Origin: Candidatus Methylomirabilota bacterium | Lineage (GTDB): Bacteria > Methylomirabilota > Methylomirabilia > Rokubacteriales > CSP1-6 | Reading direction: 5' to 3' | Length of the DNA stretch: 20,514 nt | Assembly (NCBI GenBank): GCA_046726415.1 | Contig: JBKPAK010000040.1 | Coordinates: 1 to 20,514, forward strand | In this document: one piece after another, positions 1 through 6,626 of the stretch | Numbering within the stretch: position 1 is the first letter of the stretch | Layout of the letters: each line of letters opens with the position of its first letter | The notes under the pieces: generated by a model | What the model was told of the DNA's origin: nothing | The model's database searches: none | The model's input: the letters and a program-made list of their open reading frames with translations, nothing else | Position numbers and translations under genes: made by a program

Positions 1-1149
1 ACGTACCGCGGCCGGGAGCGGCTCCTGCGCGTGGACGACACGATCTGGCTCTCGCTCGGCCACGCCGACGTTACCGCCATGCTCCGCCACCCGAAGCTCT
101 CGTCAAACGAGTCGCGCGCCACCACCGAAGCCGGTTGCCCGCACCCCGGGCGCTTGGCGGGCAGCCTCCTCTTCATGGATCCGCCCGACCACACCCGGCT
201 GCGCCGGCTGGTGGCCTGCGCGTTCACGCCGAAGCGGGTCGCGGACCTCCGGCGGACGTCAGAGGCGATCACCGCGGAGCTCCTCGACGAGACCGCCGCC
301 GCGGGCGCGTCCGGAGACGTGGTGGACCTGATCCGCTCCCTCGCCTACCCGCTCCCCGTCCGGACCATTTGCTCCCTCCTCGGGGTGCCCGAGGCTGACG
401 AAGCGACGTTCACCCGCTGGTCCCGGGGCCTGGCCCGGTCGCTCGACCCCTCGGTGCTCCGCTCGGCTGAGGTGGATGCCGCCATCGCCGACGCCGAGAG
501 CGGCCTGGCCGCGTACCTGGAGGATCTCCTCGCTGTCCGGCGCACGAGGCCGCGGGACGACCTCCTCTCGGCCCTGCTCGACGTGGAGGCCGACGGCGAT
601 CGGATCTCGCCGGACGAGGTCGTCGACCTCGCGCTGCTCCTGCTCGTCGCCGGGCACGAGACGACCGTGAACCTCATCGGCAACGGAGTCCTCGCCTTGC
701 TCCGCGCCCCCGATCAGCTCAACCTTCTCCGGCGCGCGCCCGACCTCGTCGCCGGGGCGGTCGACGAGCTGTTGCGCTTCGACAGTCCGGTCCAGCTGAC
801 CCAGCGGGTGGCCACCGAGGATCTCGACCTCGTCGGCTGCCCGGTCAGGGCCGGCGACGAGATCATGCTGGTCCTCGGCGCCGCGAACCGCGACCCGCTG
901 GTCTTCGCCGAGCCCAACCGCCTCGACGTCACCCGCGACGCCCGCCGCCACGTGGCCTTCGGCGGCGGCATTCATCATTGTCTTGGCGCGGCGCTCGCGC
1001 AGCTCGAGGGCGAGGTGGCGCTGTCGGCTCTACTCGCGCGATTTCCTCAGCTCGAGCTCGCGGGCGAACCGCTCCGTCGGCCGACGTTCACCCTGCGGGG
1101 TCTCGAGTCACTTCCAGTCGTGGTTGGCAAGGCGGCCCGCGGCACTTAG
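1..1149 (+). CDS. Cytochrome P450 (bacterial CYP107-like), probably 5'-truncated by the window edge
   Basis: Frame is open from base 1 (first GTG at 31). Motifs: MDPPDHTRLR, I-helix AGHETT, K-helix ELLR, heme-binding FGGGIHHCLG. Confidence 0.95.
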   Translation, partial: TYRGRERLLRVDDTIWLSLGHADVTAMLRHPKLSSNESRATTEAGCPHPGRLAGSLLFMDPPDHTRLRRLVACAFTPKRVADLRRTSEAITAELLDETAAAGASGDVVDLIRSLAYPLPVRTICSLLGVPEADEATFTRWSRGLARSLDPSVLRSAEVDAAIADAESGLAAYLEDLLAVRRTRPRDDLLSALLDVEADGDRISPDEVVDLALLLLVAGHETTVNLIGNGVLALLRAPDQLNLLRRAPDLVAGAVDELLRFDSPVQLTQRVATEDLDLVGCPVRAGDEIMLVLGAANRDPLVFAEPNRLDVTRDARRHVAFGGGIHHCLGAALAQLEGEVALSALLARFPQLELAGEPLRRPTFTLRGLESLPVVVGKAARGT

Positions 1150-1160
1150 AACCCGGCCCA

Positions 1161-1188
1161 TGGTTACACCCCGGTCGGCCTGTAACCA
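1161..1188. repeat. Inverted repeat TGGTTACA-N12-TGTAACCA downstream of the P450 stop (hairpin or operator)
   Basis: Perfect 8-bp AT-rich arms in a very GC-rich background, 11 bp after the stop; no U-tract. Confidence 0.45.
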
Positions 1189-1299
1189 GCGAGCGCGTAC
1201 CATGATGGTTTCCAAGATGGCGGGCGTATCAGACGCGAGACGTTGACCGCGGCAATCCGCTGCCCCTACAGTCGCACCATCGACGACGACTCTCGTGGT

Positions 1300-1328
1300 T
1301 TGACTTACATAACTTCGATCGATAGCAT
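1300..1328 (+). promoter_or_regulatory. Sigma70-type promoter of the TA operon
   Basis: TTGACT (1300-1305), 17 bp, TAGCAT (1323-1328). It lies 12 bp before the ATG at 1341 with no SD. Palindromic TCGATCGA and CTTAC/GTAAG arms overlap it. Confidence 0.7.
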
Positions 1329-1340
1329 CTCGGTAAGACG

Positions 1341-1550
1341 ATGGAGACCGTGACACTTTCCAGCAAATACCAGCTCGTCCTCCCGCGCGGCGCTCGTGAG
1401 CGTCTGCAGCTGCGCCCGGGGATGCGGATCACCGTCCTCGACAAGGGTGGCGTGATCTTCCTGATCCCCGAGCGCCCGCTGCGCGCTTACCGCGGCATCG
1501 CGCGCGGTGTGAGTGCCAAAGGCCTCCGCGAGAAGAGGGATCGCCACTGA
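1341..1550 (+). CDS. AbrB/MazE/SpoVT-family antitoxin (VapB-type)
   Basis: 69 aa with swapped-hairpin signature VTLSSKYQLVLP...R..LQLRPG; its stop overlaps the PIN gene start. Confidence 0.9.
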   Translation: METVTLSSKYQLVLPRGARERLQLRPGMRITVLDKGGVIFLIPERPLRAYRGIARGVSAKGLREKRDRH

Positions 1551-1915
1551 TCCTGGTCGATTCGAGTGGCTGGATAGAGTACCTGGCCGGCCGCTCGAAC
1601 GCGGATCGCTTCGCCATCCACATCGAGGGCCGAGAACCGCTGCTCGTGTCGGCGATCGAGGTCTACGAAGTCTACAAGGTCATACGGCGCGATCTCAGCG
1701 AGGAGCGCGCGGTGGAAGCTGTCTCTGCCCTCCGCCGTGCGACGATCGCGCCGGTCGACGAGTCTCTGGCGCTGGAGGCCGCGGATCTGTCGCTGGCCCA
1801 TGGCCTCGCCATGGCCGACTCGTTCGTCTATGCCACTGCCCGACGGTTCGGAGCCACCCTGGTGACCGGCGATACCGACTTCGACGGCCTCCCGGACACG
1901 GTGGTCATTCGGTGA
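1547..1915 (+). CDS. vapC: PIN-domain toxin (VapC family); probable CTG start, 122 aa
   Basis: Frame extends upstream of the track's GTG at 1646 to give (M)ILVDSSGWIEYL, supplying the first catalytic Asp. Later motifs: EVYEV, LAMADS, LVTGDTDF. CTG at 1547 overlaps antitoxin TGA; SD-like AGAGGGA at 1534-1540. Confidence 0.88.
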   Translation: MILVDSSGWIEYLAGRSNADRFAIHIEGREPLLVSAIEVYEVYKVIRRDLSEERAVEAVSALRRATIAPVDESLALEAADLSLAHGLAMADSFVYATARRFGATLVTGDTDFDGLPDTVVIR

Positions 1916-1991
1916 TTGACAGACCCACGAATTCAGCAGGGCCGGCAATCGAGGTGGGCTGAGCCACAGCCGCGGCGGCCCCACGCGGGCA

Positions 1992-2021
1992 TTGACGATC
2001 CGGCCGCGTCGCCGATAGCGT
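1992..2021 (+). promoter_or_regulatory. Putative sigma70 promoter of the truncated dehydrogenase
   Basis: TTGACG-18bp-TAGCGT, then SD GGAGG at 2048-2052 before ATG 2059. Confidence 0.45.
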
Positions 2022-2058
2022 GGCGGGAAGATCGCCATCACGCACGGGGAGGATGCCC

Positions 2059-2232
2059 ATGCAGATCAGGGCCGCCGTCGCCGCCGCCAAGTCGGAGCCG
2101 TTCTCGATCGAGGCGCTGGAGCTGGAGGAGCCGCGCGACGACGAAGTGCTCGTCCGGATGGTCGGCGTGGGCATCTGCCACACGGACCTCGTCGTGCGCG
2201 ATCAGTACTACCCCACACAGCTCCCGGCCGTC
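2059..2232 (+). pseudogene. N-terminal fragment of a Zn-dependent (aryl/benzyl) alcohol dehydrogenase
   Basis: MQIRAAVA...EPRDDEVLVRMVGVGICHTD...YPTQLPAV, breaking just before the expected LGHEG motif. The rest of the track ORF is antisense of the cyclase gene. Confidence 0.85.
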
Positions 2233-2253
2233 GAATCGAACCGCCGAGCCGAC

Positions 2254-3252
2254 TCAGGGCGCGAGGGCAAACGAGCGCAGGCCCGAACCGGTGCCGCCCC
2301 GGATCTTGATCGGCGGCACCACCAGCAGGAACTCGTACACCTGTTCCGCGGCCAGCTCCTCCAGGAAGAAGTTCTCGATGATGTTGATGCCGTGGTCGGC
2401 GATCAGGAGCATGTGGACCGGGAAGATCTGAAACGTCGGCGTGAAGAGCAGCGGTGGCCTCTGCTCGAACGTGAGGGTGTCGTTGCCCACCACGCGTGCT
2501 CCGTGATCGACGAGAAACTGCGCCCCACCAACCCCGGGCCCGGGTGAGTCGCCGCCTGCGTACAGCGCTGGGTCGCCCGCGAAGTACTGACCCCATCCGG
2601 TCCGGATGAGCACGGTGTCTCCGGGCTCGAGGGAGACGCGCTGCGCGCTCGCCGTGTCGGCCAGGTGCTGGGCGGTGACTTCGAAAGTCGCGGGCAGCGG
2701 CGACAGATTCCCCTGGACGAAGCGCGCCACGTCGAGCAGCACGCCGCGATTCACCAGCAGGTCCATCGGGTAGTGGTCGATGGCCAGGTGGGCACCGACC
2801 CCGCTCCGCCCGATGCCGCGCGTATCGCTCGTGGCGGCAAAGGCGTCGACACCGCCGAAGAGCTTGCCGTCGCGGCCGATGTGCCCAATGGCGTCGATGC
2901 TCGGAGCGCCGTGCTGACCGCTCCACCGCATGATCTCTGACGTGAACGAGAGATGGCCGTCGAAGGAATCGATGGTGTTCGCGTGGGTCGCGTCGAGCGC
3001 CATGGAGAAGGGCGGGTTGACGCTGGCGATCGGCGAGTTCTCGTCCCACGTGAACGAGAGGTCGAAGAGGCGGGCCTGCTTGACGTCGCGGATGAAGTTC
3101 TTGATCCGCCCTGGCGCCTGCTTGGCCTCTGCCGCCTCGAGGAGGCCGCCCAGCGCAACACCGGCGGCTGACACTCCGGCCGCCCTCACAAAATCGCGCC
3201 GATTCACCGAAGCCTTGCTCTCACCACGACGAGCGCGAGCCTCTTCGTCCAT
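2254..3252 (-). CDS. Tat-exported cyclase-family (kynurenine formamidase-like) metal-dependent hydrolase
   Basis: Start ATG 3252 with GGGAG SD; Tat motif NRRDFVR plus hydrophobic stretch and AEA. Family motifs: RGVLLDV, PGDTVLIRTGW, VGNDT, PVH...GINIIEN, PIKIRGGTGS. Confidence 0.9.
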   Translation of the reverse strand: MDEEARARRGESKASVNRRDFVRAAGVSAAGVALGGLLEAAEAKQAPGRIKNFIRDVKQARLFDLSFTWDENSPIASVNPPFSMALDATHANTIDSFDGHLSFTSEIMRWSGQHGAPSIDAIGHIGRDGKLFGGVDAFAATSDTRGIGRSGVGAHLAIDHYPMDLLVNRGVLLDVARFVQGNLSPLPATFEVTAQHLADTASAQRVSLEPGDTVLIRTGWGQYFAGDPALYAGGDSPGPGVGGAQFLVDHGARVVGNDTLTFEQRPPLLFTPTFQIFPVHMLLIADHGINIIENFFLEELAAEQVYEFLLVVPPIKIRGGTGSGLRSFALAP

Positions 3253-3289
3253 GGTCGGATCTCCCGCGGCACGATTGGATTCCGCGCGG

Positions 3290-3298
3290 AGTCTAGCA
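3290..3298 (-). promoter_or_regulatory. Extended -10 element (TGCTAGACT) upstream of the cyclase gene
   Basis: TGn-TAGACT 37 bp upstream of the ATG; conserved as TGCTAGATT in copy 2 (4704-4712). Confidence 0.55.
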
Positions 3299-3377
3299 CG
3301 ACGATGGCGCTCTCCGGTGCTCGCCGTCCGACGCACGTGGCCGTGGGACGGTCTCCTCTCGGCCCTCCCGCAGAGTC

Positions 3378-3488
3378 TTAGCGGCCCCCAACGTCTCGAG
3401 GCGGGCCCGCGTGCGCTCGCGCAGTGACTCCACGATCGCGCGCGACGCCTTGTCGGGCGAGCCGGGCGTCGAACGGCGACTGCGGGTC
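3378..3488 (-). pseudogene. C-terminal remnant of a second DJ-1/PfpI gene copy
   Basis: DPQSPFDA/GSPDKASRAIVESLRERTRARLETLG versus DPQPPFDAGSPDKAPRAIVESLRERTRARLATSG in the intact gene; two 1-bp indels. Confidence 0.9.
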
Positions 3489-3490
3489 AA

Positions 3491-3631
3491 AGGCGCCTGG
3501 CGCTCGACCCTGGCCGCCGACACCGCCCAGCAAATGGGCCTAAGCCCGTCTGCGAGATGGACGCCGGCTTCGCCGCCTGGAAGAACGCCGGCTACCCGGT
3601 GGCGGAACGCGTGAAGAAGAACCCCGGCTGA
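3491..3631 (+). pseudogene. C-terminal remnant of a rhodanese-like domain protein
   Basis: GAWRSTLAADTAQQMGLSP, then after a 1-bp frameshift near 3548 VCEMDAGFAAWKNAGYPVAERVKKNPG*. This matches the rhodanese RS...GGFxAWxxAGxPV pattern; the catalytic Cys and N-terminus are missing. Confidence 0.75.
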
Positions 3632-3650
3632 GGAGCCGCCGCGCCCGCCC

Positions 3651-4238
3651 TCACTCCAGCACGGTGAAGACCTGGGTGTAACCGCCCGCGGGAAGGCGCG
3701 TGCTGGTGAGCTGACCGCGAACCCCGATGAAGTCACCCGTCCCCCCGAGAAGCACCCGGGAGACGGGACGGCCAGGCTCGAATTCGGTGCTATCGGCGGG
3801 ATAGTCCACCACGCCGGCGACGATGACCTGATGCTGCCGGTCGAGTGACGCGAAGTACAGATGGGTGATCCGCTGCTCGATTCCCGGTTCGGCCTCGGTG
3901 GCGTTTCTGATCACCCTCTTGACGCCGAACACGTGACCGACGACGTCCCCGTTGGGCACCAGCCGCAGGTCGGCATGGAAGTAGAGGGCGTCACCCAGGT
4001 TTTCACCGGGCCCATCGACGGCGGTGATGGTCGGCGCATCCTGGTGAATGGTGAACTGCGTGGTGCGCACCGCGCCCAGGGCTATGGCCGCCTGACCGTC
4101 AGACGGGGCGGCGGCTCCGGCAACGCCCGGGCCGGCGAGCCACCCGGCCAGGGCCGTCACGCCGAAGGCGTTGGTGGCCGCGAGCATGAACCGGCGCCGG
4201 CCGACCCCTGGAGTATCCTCGTCTGCTCGCTCGCTCAT
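3651..4238 (-). CDS. Tat-signal protein with a dirigent/allene-oxide-cyclase-like beta-barrel
   Basis: ATG 4238 with GGAGG SD; GRRRFML Tat motif. GDALYFHADL...VVGHVFG...LLGGTGDFIGVRGQL resembles the dirigent/AOC GGTGxFxGARG motif. Confidence 0.7.
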   Translation of the reverse strand: MSERADEDTPGVGRRRFMLAATNAFGVTALAGWLAGPGVAGAAAPSDGQAAIALGAVRTTQFTIHQDAPTITAVDGPGENLGDALYFHADLRLVPNGDVVGHVFGVKRVIRNATEAEPGIEQRITHLYFASLDRQHQVIVAGVVDYPADSTEFEPGRPVSRVLLGGTGDFIGVRGQLTSTRLPAGGYTQVFTVLE

Positions 4239-4457
4239 ACCCTGACCTCCGTGCGGATGTGGGCTGGGGACACGGATAGATTGCCACGCGGATCCGGCCT
4301 GGACCACTGCCACGCCCTGGATCTCGGCGAAGCGGTCGCCGTGGCGCGGGTCTTTGATGACACGGTCATGATGACCAGATCGGCCAGGGTGCCCCCGGTC
4401 GCCCTCCGGTCAGAGCCCTCAGAGGTTGTCCAGGCGCGGGACGCGAAGCCCCGCCTC

Positions 4458-4651
4458 TCAGGCCAGGACGCGGTCCACCTCCTGCGATTCGCCCGTCTCC
4501 ATGTCGAGGATGGCGCACCGGAGCCCCACGGCGACCATGATCTCGAACCCGTTCTCGACATGTCGCAGTAGAGCTCGACGCGGTTGCCGTCCGGATCGGG
4601 GAAGTAGACGCTGCGGGTGACGTTGTGCTCTACGGTGGCCTCCACGGGAAC
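4458..4651 (-). pseudogene. C-terminal remnant of a VOC/glyoxalase (ring-cleavage dioxygenase-like) gene
   Basis: VPVEATVEHNVTRSVYFPDPDGNRVELYCDM, 1-bp frameshift near 4559, then VENGFEIMVAVGLRCAILDMETGESQEVDRVLA*; no N-terminus. Confidence 0.8.
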
Positions 4652-4672
4652 GCAGAGCCGGCCCGGCTCGCG

Positions 4673-4902
4673 GATTCCCGCGGCACGATTGGATGCCGCG
4701 CGGAATCTAGCACCGGGCGCTGGTGCCCTCCGGTGCTCGCCGTCCGACGCGGAGGCCGGGGGACGATCTGCTCTCGGCCCTCCGCGGAGTTTCAGCGGAC
4801 CCCCGACGTCGCGAGGCGGGCCCGCGTGCGCTCGCGCAGCGACTCCACGATCGCCCGCGGCGCCTTGTCCGGAGAGCCGGCGTCGAACGGCGGCTGGGGG
4901 TC
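4673..4902. repeat. Diverged direct repeat, copy 2
   Basis: Partner of 3258-3488; overlaps the 3' end of the intact DJ-1/PfpI gene. Confidence 0.95.
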
Positions 4903-5439
4903 GTACTCGATGCCGAGCTGGATGGCCTGGGCGACCTCGTCGCCCGCGATGCGGGCCGCCAAGGTCAGCGCCATGTCGATCCCCGACGACACGCCGGCGG
5001 CCGTCACGATCTTGCCCTGCTCGACCACGCGCCGTGAGGTGGGGCGCGCGCCGAGCGCGGTGAGCTGGTCGAGCACCGTCCAGTGGGTGGTGGCCTCGAG
5101 CCCGCGTAGCAATCCGGCGGCGCCGAGGAGCAGGGAACCCGTGCACACCGACGTGGTCCACTGGCTCGTCTCGTGCGCGGTGCGGATCCAGTCCAGCAGG
5201 GGATTCGGCGTCATGAACGCGCGCGTGCCGAAGCCTCCCGGCACCACGATGATCTCCGGGCGCGGCACCGCGGAGAGCGGTTCGTCGGCGACCAGAGTGA
5301 GGTCCTTGTCCGTCTTCTTCGGCCCGGGTTCGATGGCCACGAAGCGCACGCGGGCGCCGGGCAGGCGCGAGAGCACCTCGTAGGGGCCGATGGCGTCGAG
5401 CGCCGTGATCTCGTCGAACAGCGGAATGGCGATGTCCAT
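4792..5439 (-). CDS. DJ-1/PfpI family protein, isonitrile hydratase (InhA)-like
   Basis: LDAIGPYEVL, VVPGG, nucleophile elbow SVCTGS, ATTHW, TAAGVSSGID, C-terminal EYDPQPPFDAGSP; SD AAGGAG. Confidence 0.93.
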   Translation of the reverse strand: MDIAIPLFDEITALDAIGPYEVLSRLPGARVRFVAIEPGPKKTDKDLTLVADEPLSAVPRPEIIVVPGGFGTRAFMTPNPLLDWIRTAHETSQWTTSVCTGSLLLGAAGLLRGLEATTHWTVLDQLTALGARPTSRRVVEQGKIVTAAGVSSGIDMALTLAARIAGDEVAQAIQLGIEYDPQPPFDAGSPDKAPRAIVESLRERTRARLATSGVR

Positions 5440-5458
5440 GTTTTCATCTCTCCTTGTC

Positions 5459-5620
5459 GTGAATATCTCGGCGCCGCGCGGGTCTCACGACGCCCTGAAG
5501 TTGGCGGCGAAGCTCTGGCGTGACGAGGCGGCGCGGCGGTTGGACGAGCTCAAGTCCGGAAGGGTCGTTGGAATCCCCGCCGAGAAGGTGATCAGGAAGG
5601 CGCGCTCCTCGCTTCGGTGA
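5459..5620 (+). pseudogene. Addiction-module antitoxin remnant (TIGR02574-like), probably internally deleted
   Basis: ...DALKL joined directly to AAKLWRDEAARRLDELKSGRVVGIPAEKVIRKARSSLR*; the central helix usual in this family seems absent. Confidence 0.65.
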
Positions 5621-5640
5621 GAAGCGTTGAGTTTCATCCA
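5617..5640 (+). pseudogene. First 8 codons of a RelE/ParE-type toxin
   Basis: GTGA overlap with the antitoxin stop, reading (M)RSVEFHP, a typical ParE-like N-terminus; similarity ends immediately after. Confidence 0.55.
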
Positions 5641-5776
5641 AGTTTCGTCGGACCCTCCTCGACAGCGGCCTCCGGGAGCACCAGGCGAAGAGGGCCGAGA
5701 ACCAGGATCACGTGGCTAGCGCCCGTGATAGCAGTCCGGCGATCAGAGCGTGAGCATCGCCACTGACGGATGACAC
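5639..5776 (-). pseudogene. Frameshifted N-terminal remnant of a PIN-domain toxin
   Basis: Pieced across frames: DAHALIAGLLS / GASHVILVLGPLRLVLPEAAVEE / VRRNL, matching the DxxxLIAG...GAS...EEVRRNL pattern of PIN proteins. Confidence 0.6.
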
Positions 5777-5777
5777 C

Positions 5778-5939
5778 TCAGTCGTCTCGGGCCGAGCGAC
5801 CTAGATCCTTCAAGGAGAGCTTTCGGGCTCGGCGCAGACGTTTCATCTCGGCAGCGGGCCGTGGCACGACGAGACGAGGGGCTGAGAAGCACTGCTCTAT
5901 CGAGGTCGACGACCGTCAAGGGTCGCCCTCACCGAGCCG
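5778..5939 (-). pseudogene. Frameshifted remnant of an AbrB/MazE-family antitoxin
   Basis: Pieced across frames: RLGEGD / LTVVDLDRAVLLSP / LVVPRPAAEMKRLRRARKLSLKDLGRSARDD*; lies immediately upstream of the PIN remnant. Confidence 0.6.
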
Positions 5940-5959
5940 ACCCCGTCCTCCGTGCCAGG

Positions 5960-6337
5960 TCAACCGGTCAGTGATCCGGGCGAGGAGTGCGTCAGCTCCT
6001 GAACCGGGCGGACTTCGATGGTCGCGATGCGCGCCGGCGGGAACCTCGCGGCAATCGCGCACGCCTCGTCCATGTCCCGGGCCTCGATGAGGAAGAATCC
6101 GCCCAGCTGCTCCTTGGTCTCGGCGAAGGGTCCATCAGTGGTCGCGACCTTGCCGGGACGGACTCGGATGGTCCTGGCGGTCCGGACGCGCTGTAGCGCG
6201 TTGGAGACGATGAAGTGACCGCTCCGCCGTAGCTCATCCATGTAATCGAGGGCTCCGTCGACGAGGGTCTGCAGCTCCCCCGCGGGCAGGGCGTCCAGCT
6301 CCTTCTCGTCGTGGTAGATCATGAACATGAACTTCAA
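5960..6337 (-). CDS. YciI/DGPF-family protein, 125 aa
   Basis: TTG start at 6337 with GAGGAGG SD; (M)KFMFMIY...TTDGPFAETKEQLGGFFLIEA...IEVRPV. Confidence 0.92.
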   Translation of the reverse strand: MKFMFMIYHDEKELDALPAGELQTLVDGALDYMDELRRSGHFIVSNALQRVRTARTIRVRPGKVATTDGPFAETKEQLGGFFLIEARDMDEACAIAARFPPARIATIEVRPVQELTHSSPGSLTG

Positions 6338-6513
6338 TTGCGCCTCCTCACGGCCTGGGTTTCCTTGATCGAGATCTGCTTTTGATCGCGGCACGTCGCA
6401 TGGTAGGTGACGCGCTCGACTGCCATGGTGCAGGCGTCGACCTGCTCGACCGTCGATCTGTCGTCGGTCGGCAGGATCGGCCGAGAGCACGCGACGCATA
6501 TCGAGTCTGCCAT
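6334..6513 (-). CDS. 59-aa putative zinc-binding microprotein (CxxC...HxxC)
   Basis: MADSICVACSRPILPTDDRSTVEQVDACTMAVERVTYHATCRDQKQISIKETQAVRRRN*. Stop overlaps the YciI start (TTGA). TGnGATACT lies 6 nt before the ATG. Too short to appear in the ORF track. Confidence 0.6.
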   Translation of the reverse strand: MADSICVACSRPILPTDDRSTVEQVDACTMAVERVTYHATCRDQKQISIKETQAVRRRN

Positions 6514-6564
6514 GGTCGGAGTATCGCACGCCGATCCTCCAGGCGCCGCCGCGAAGGTCCTTGG

Positions 6565-6594
6565 TTGACGGCCGCGCGCTCGCGCGCGTACGGT
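6565..6594 (+). promoter_or_regulatory. Putative sigma70 promoter of the ABC operon
   Basis: TTGACG-18bp-TACGGT, followed by SD AAGGAGGA before ATG 6627. Confidence 0.55.
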
Positions 6595-6626
6595 AGCCCC
6601 GCGCCACCCACAAGGAGGATCGCGCC

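Larger units (their letters stand above)
3258..3488. repeat. Diverged direct repeat, copy 1 (DJ-1 3' end plus downstream intergenic/promoter region)
   Basis: Aligns by eye with 4673-4902 at roughly 85% identity, e.g. TCCCGCGGCACGATTGGAT, CTCCGGTGCTCGCCGTCCGACGC, CGAGGCGGGCCCGCGTGCGCTCGCGCAG. Confidence 0.95.

Noticed and set aside
2020-2547. 175-aa ORF as an intact dehydrogenase or fusion protein
   Set aside because: Only 58 codons are ADH-like; the rest is read-through antisense to the cyclase gene.
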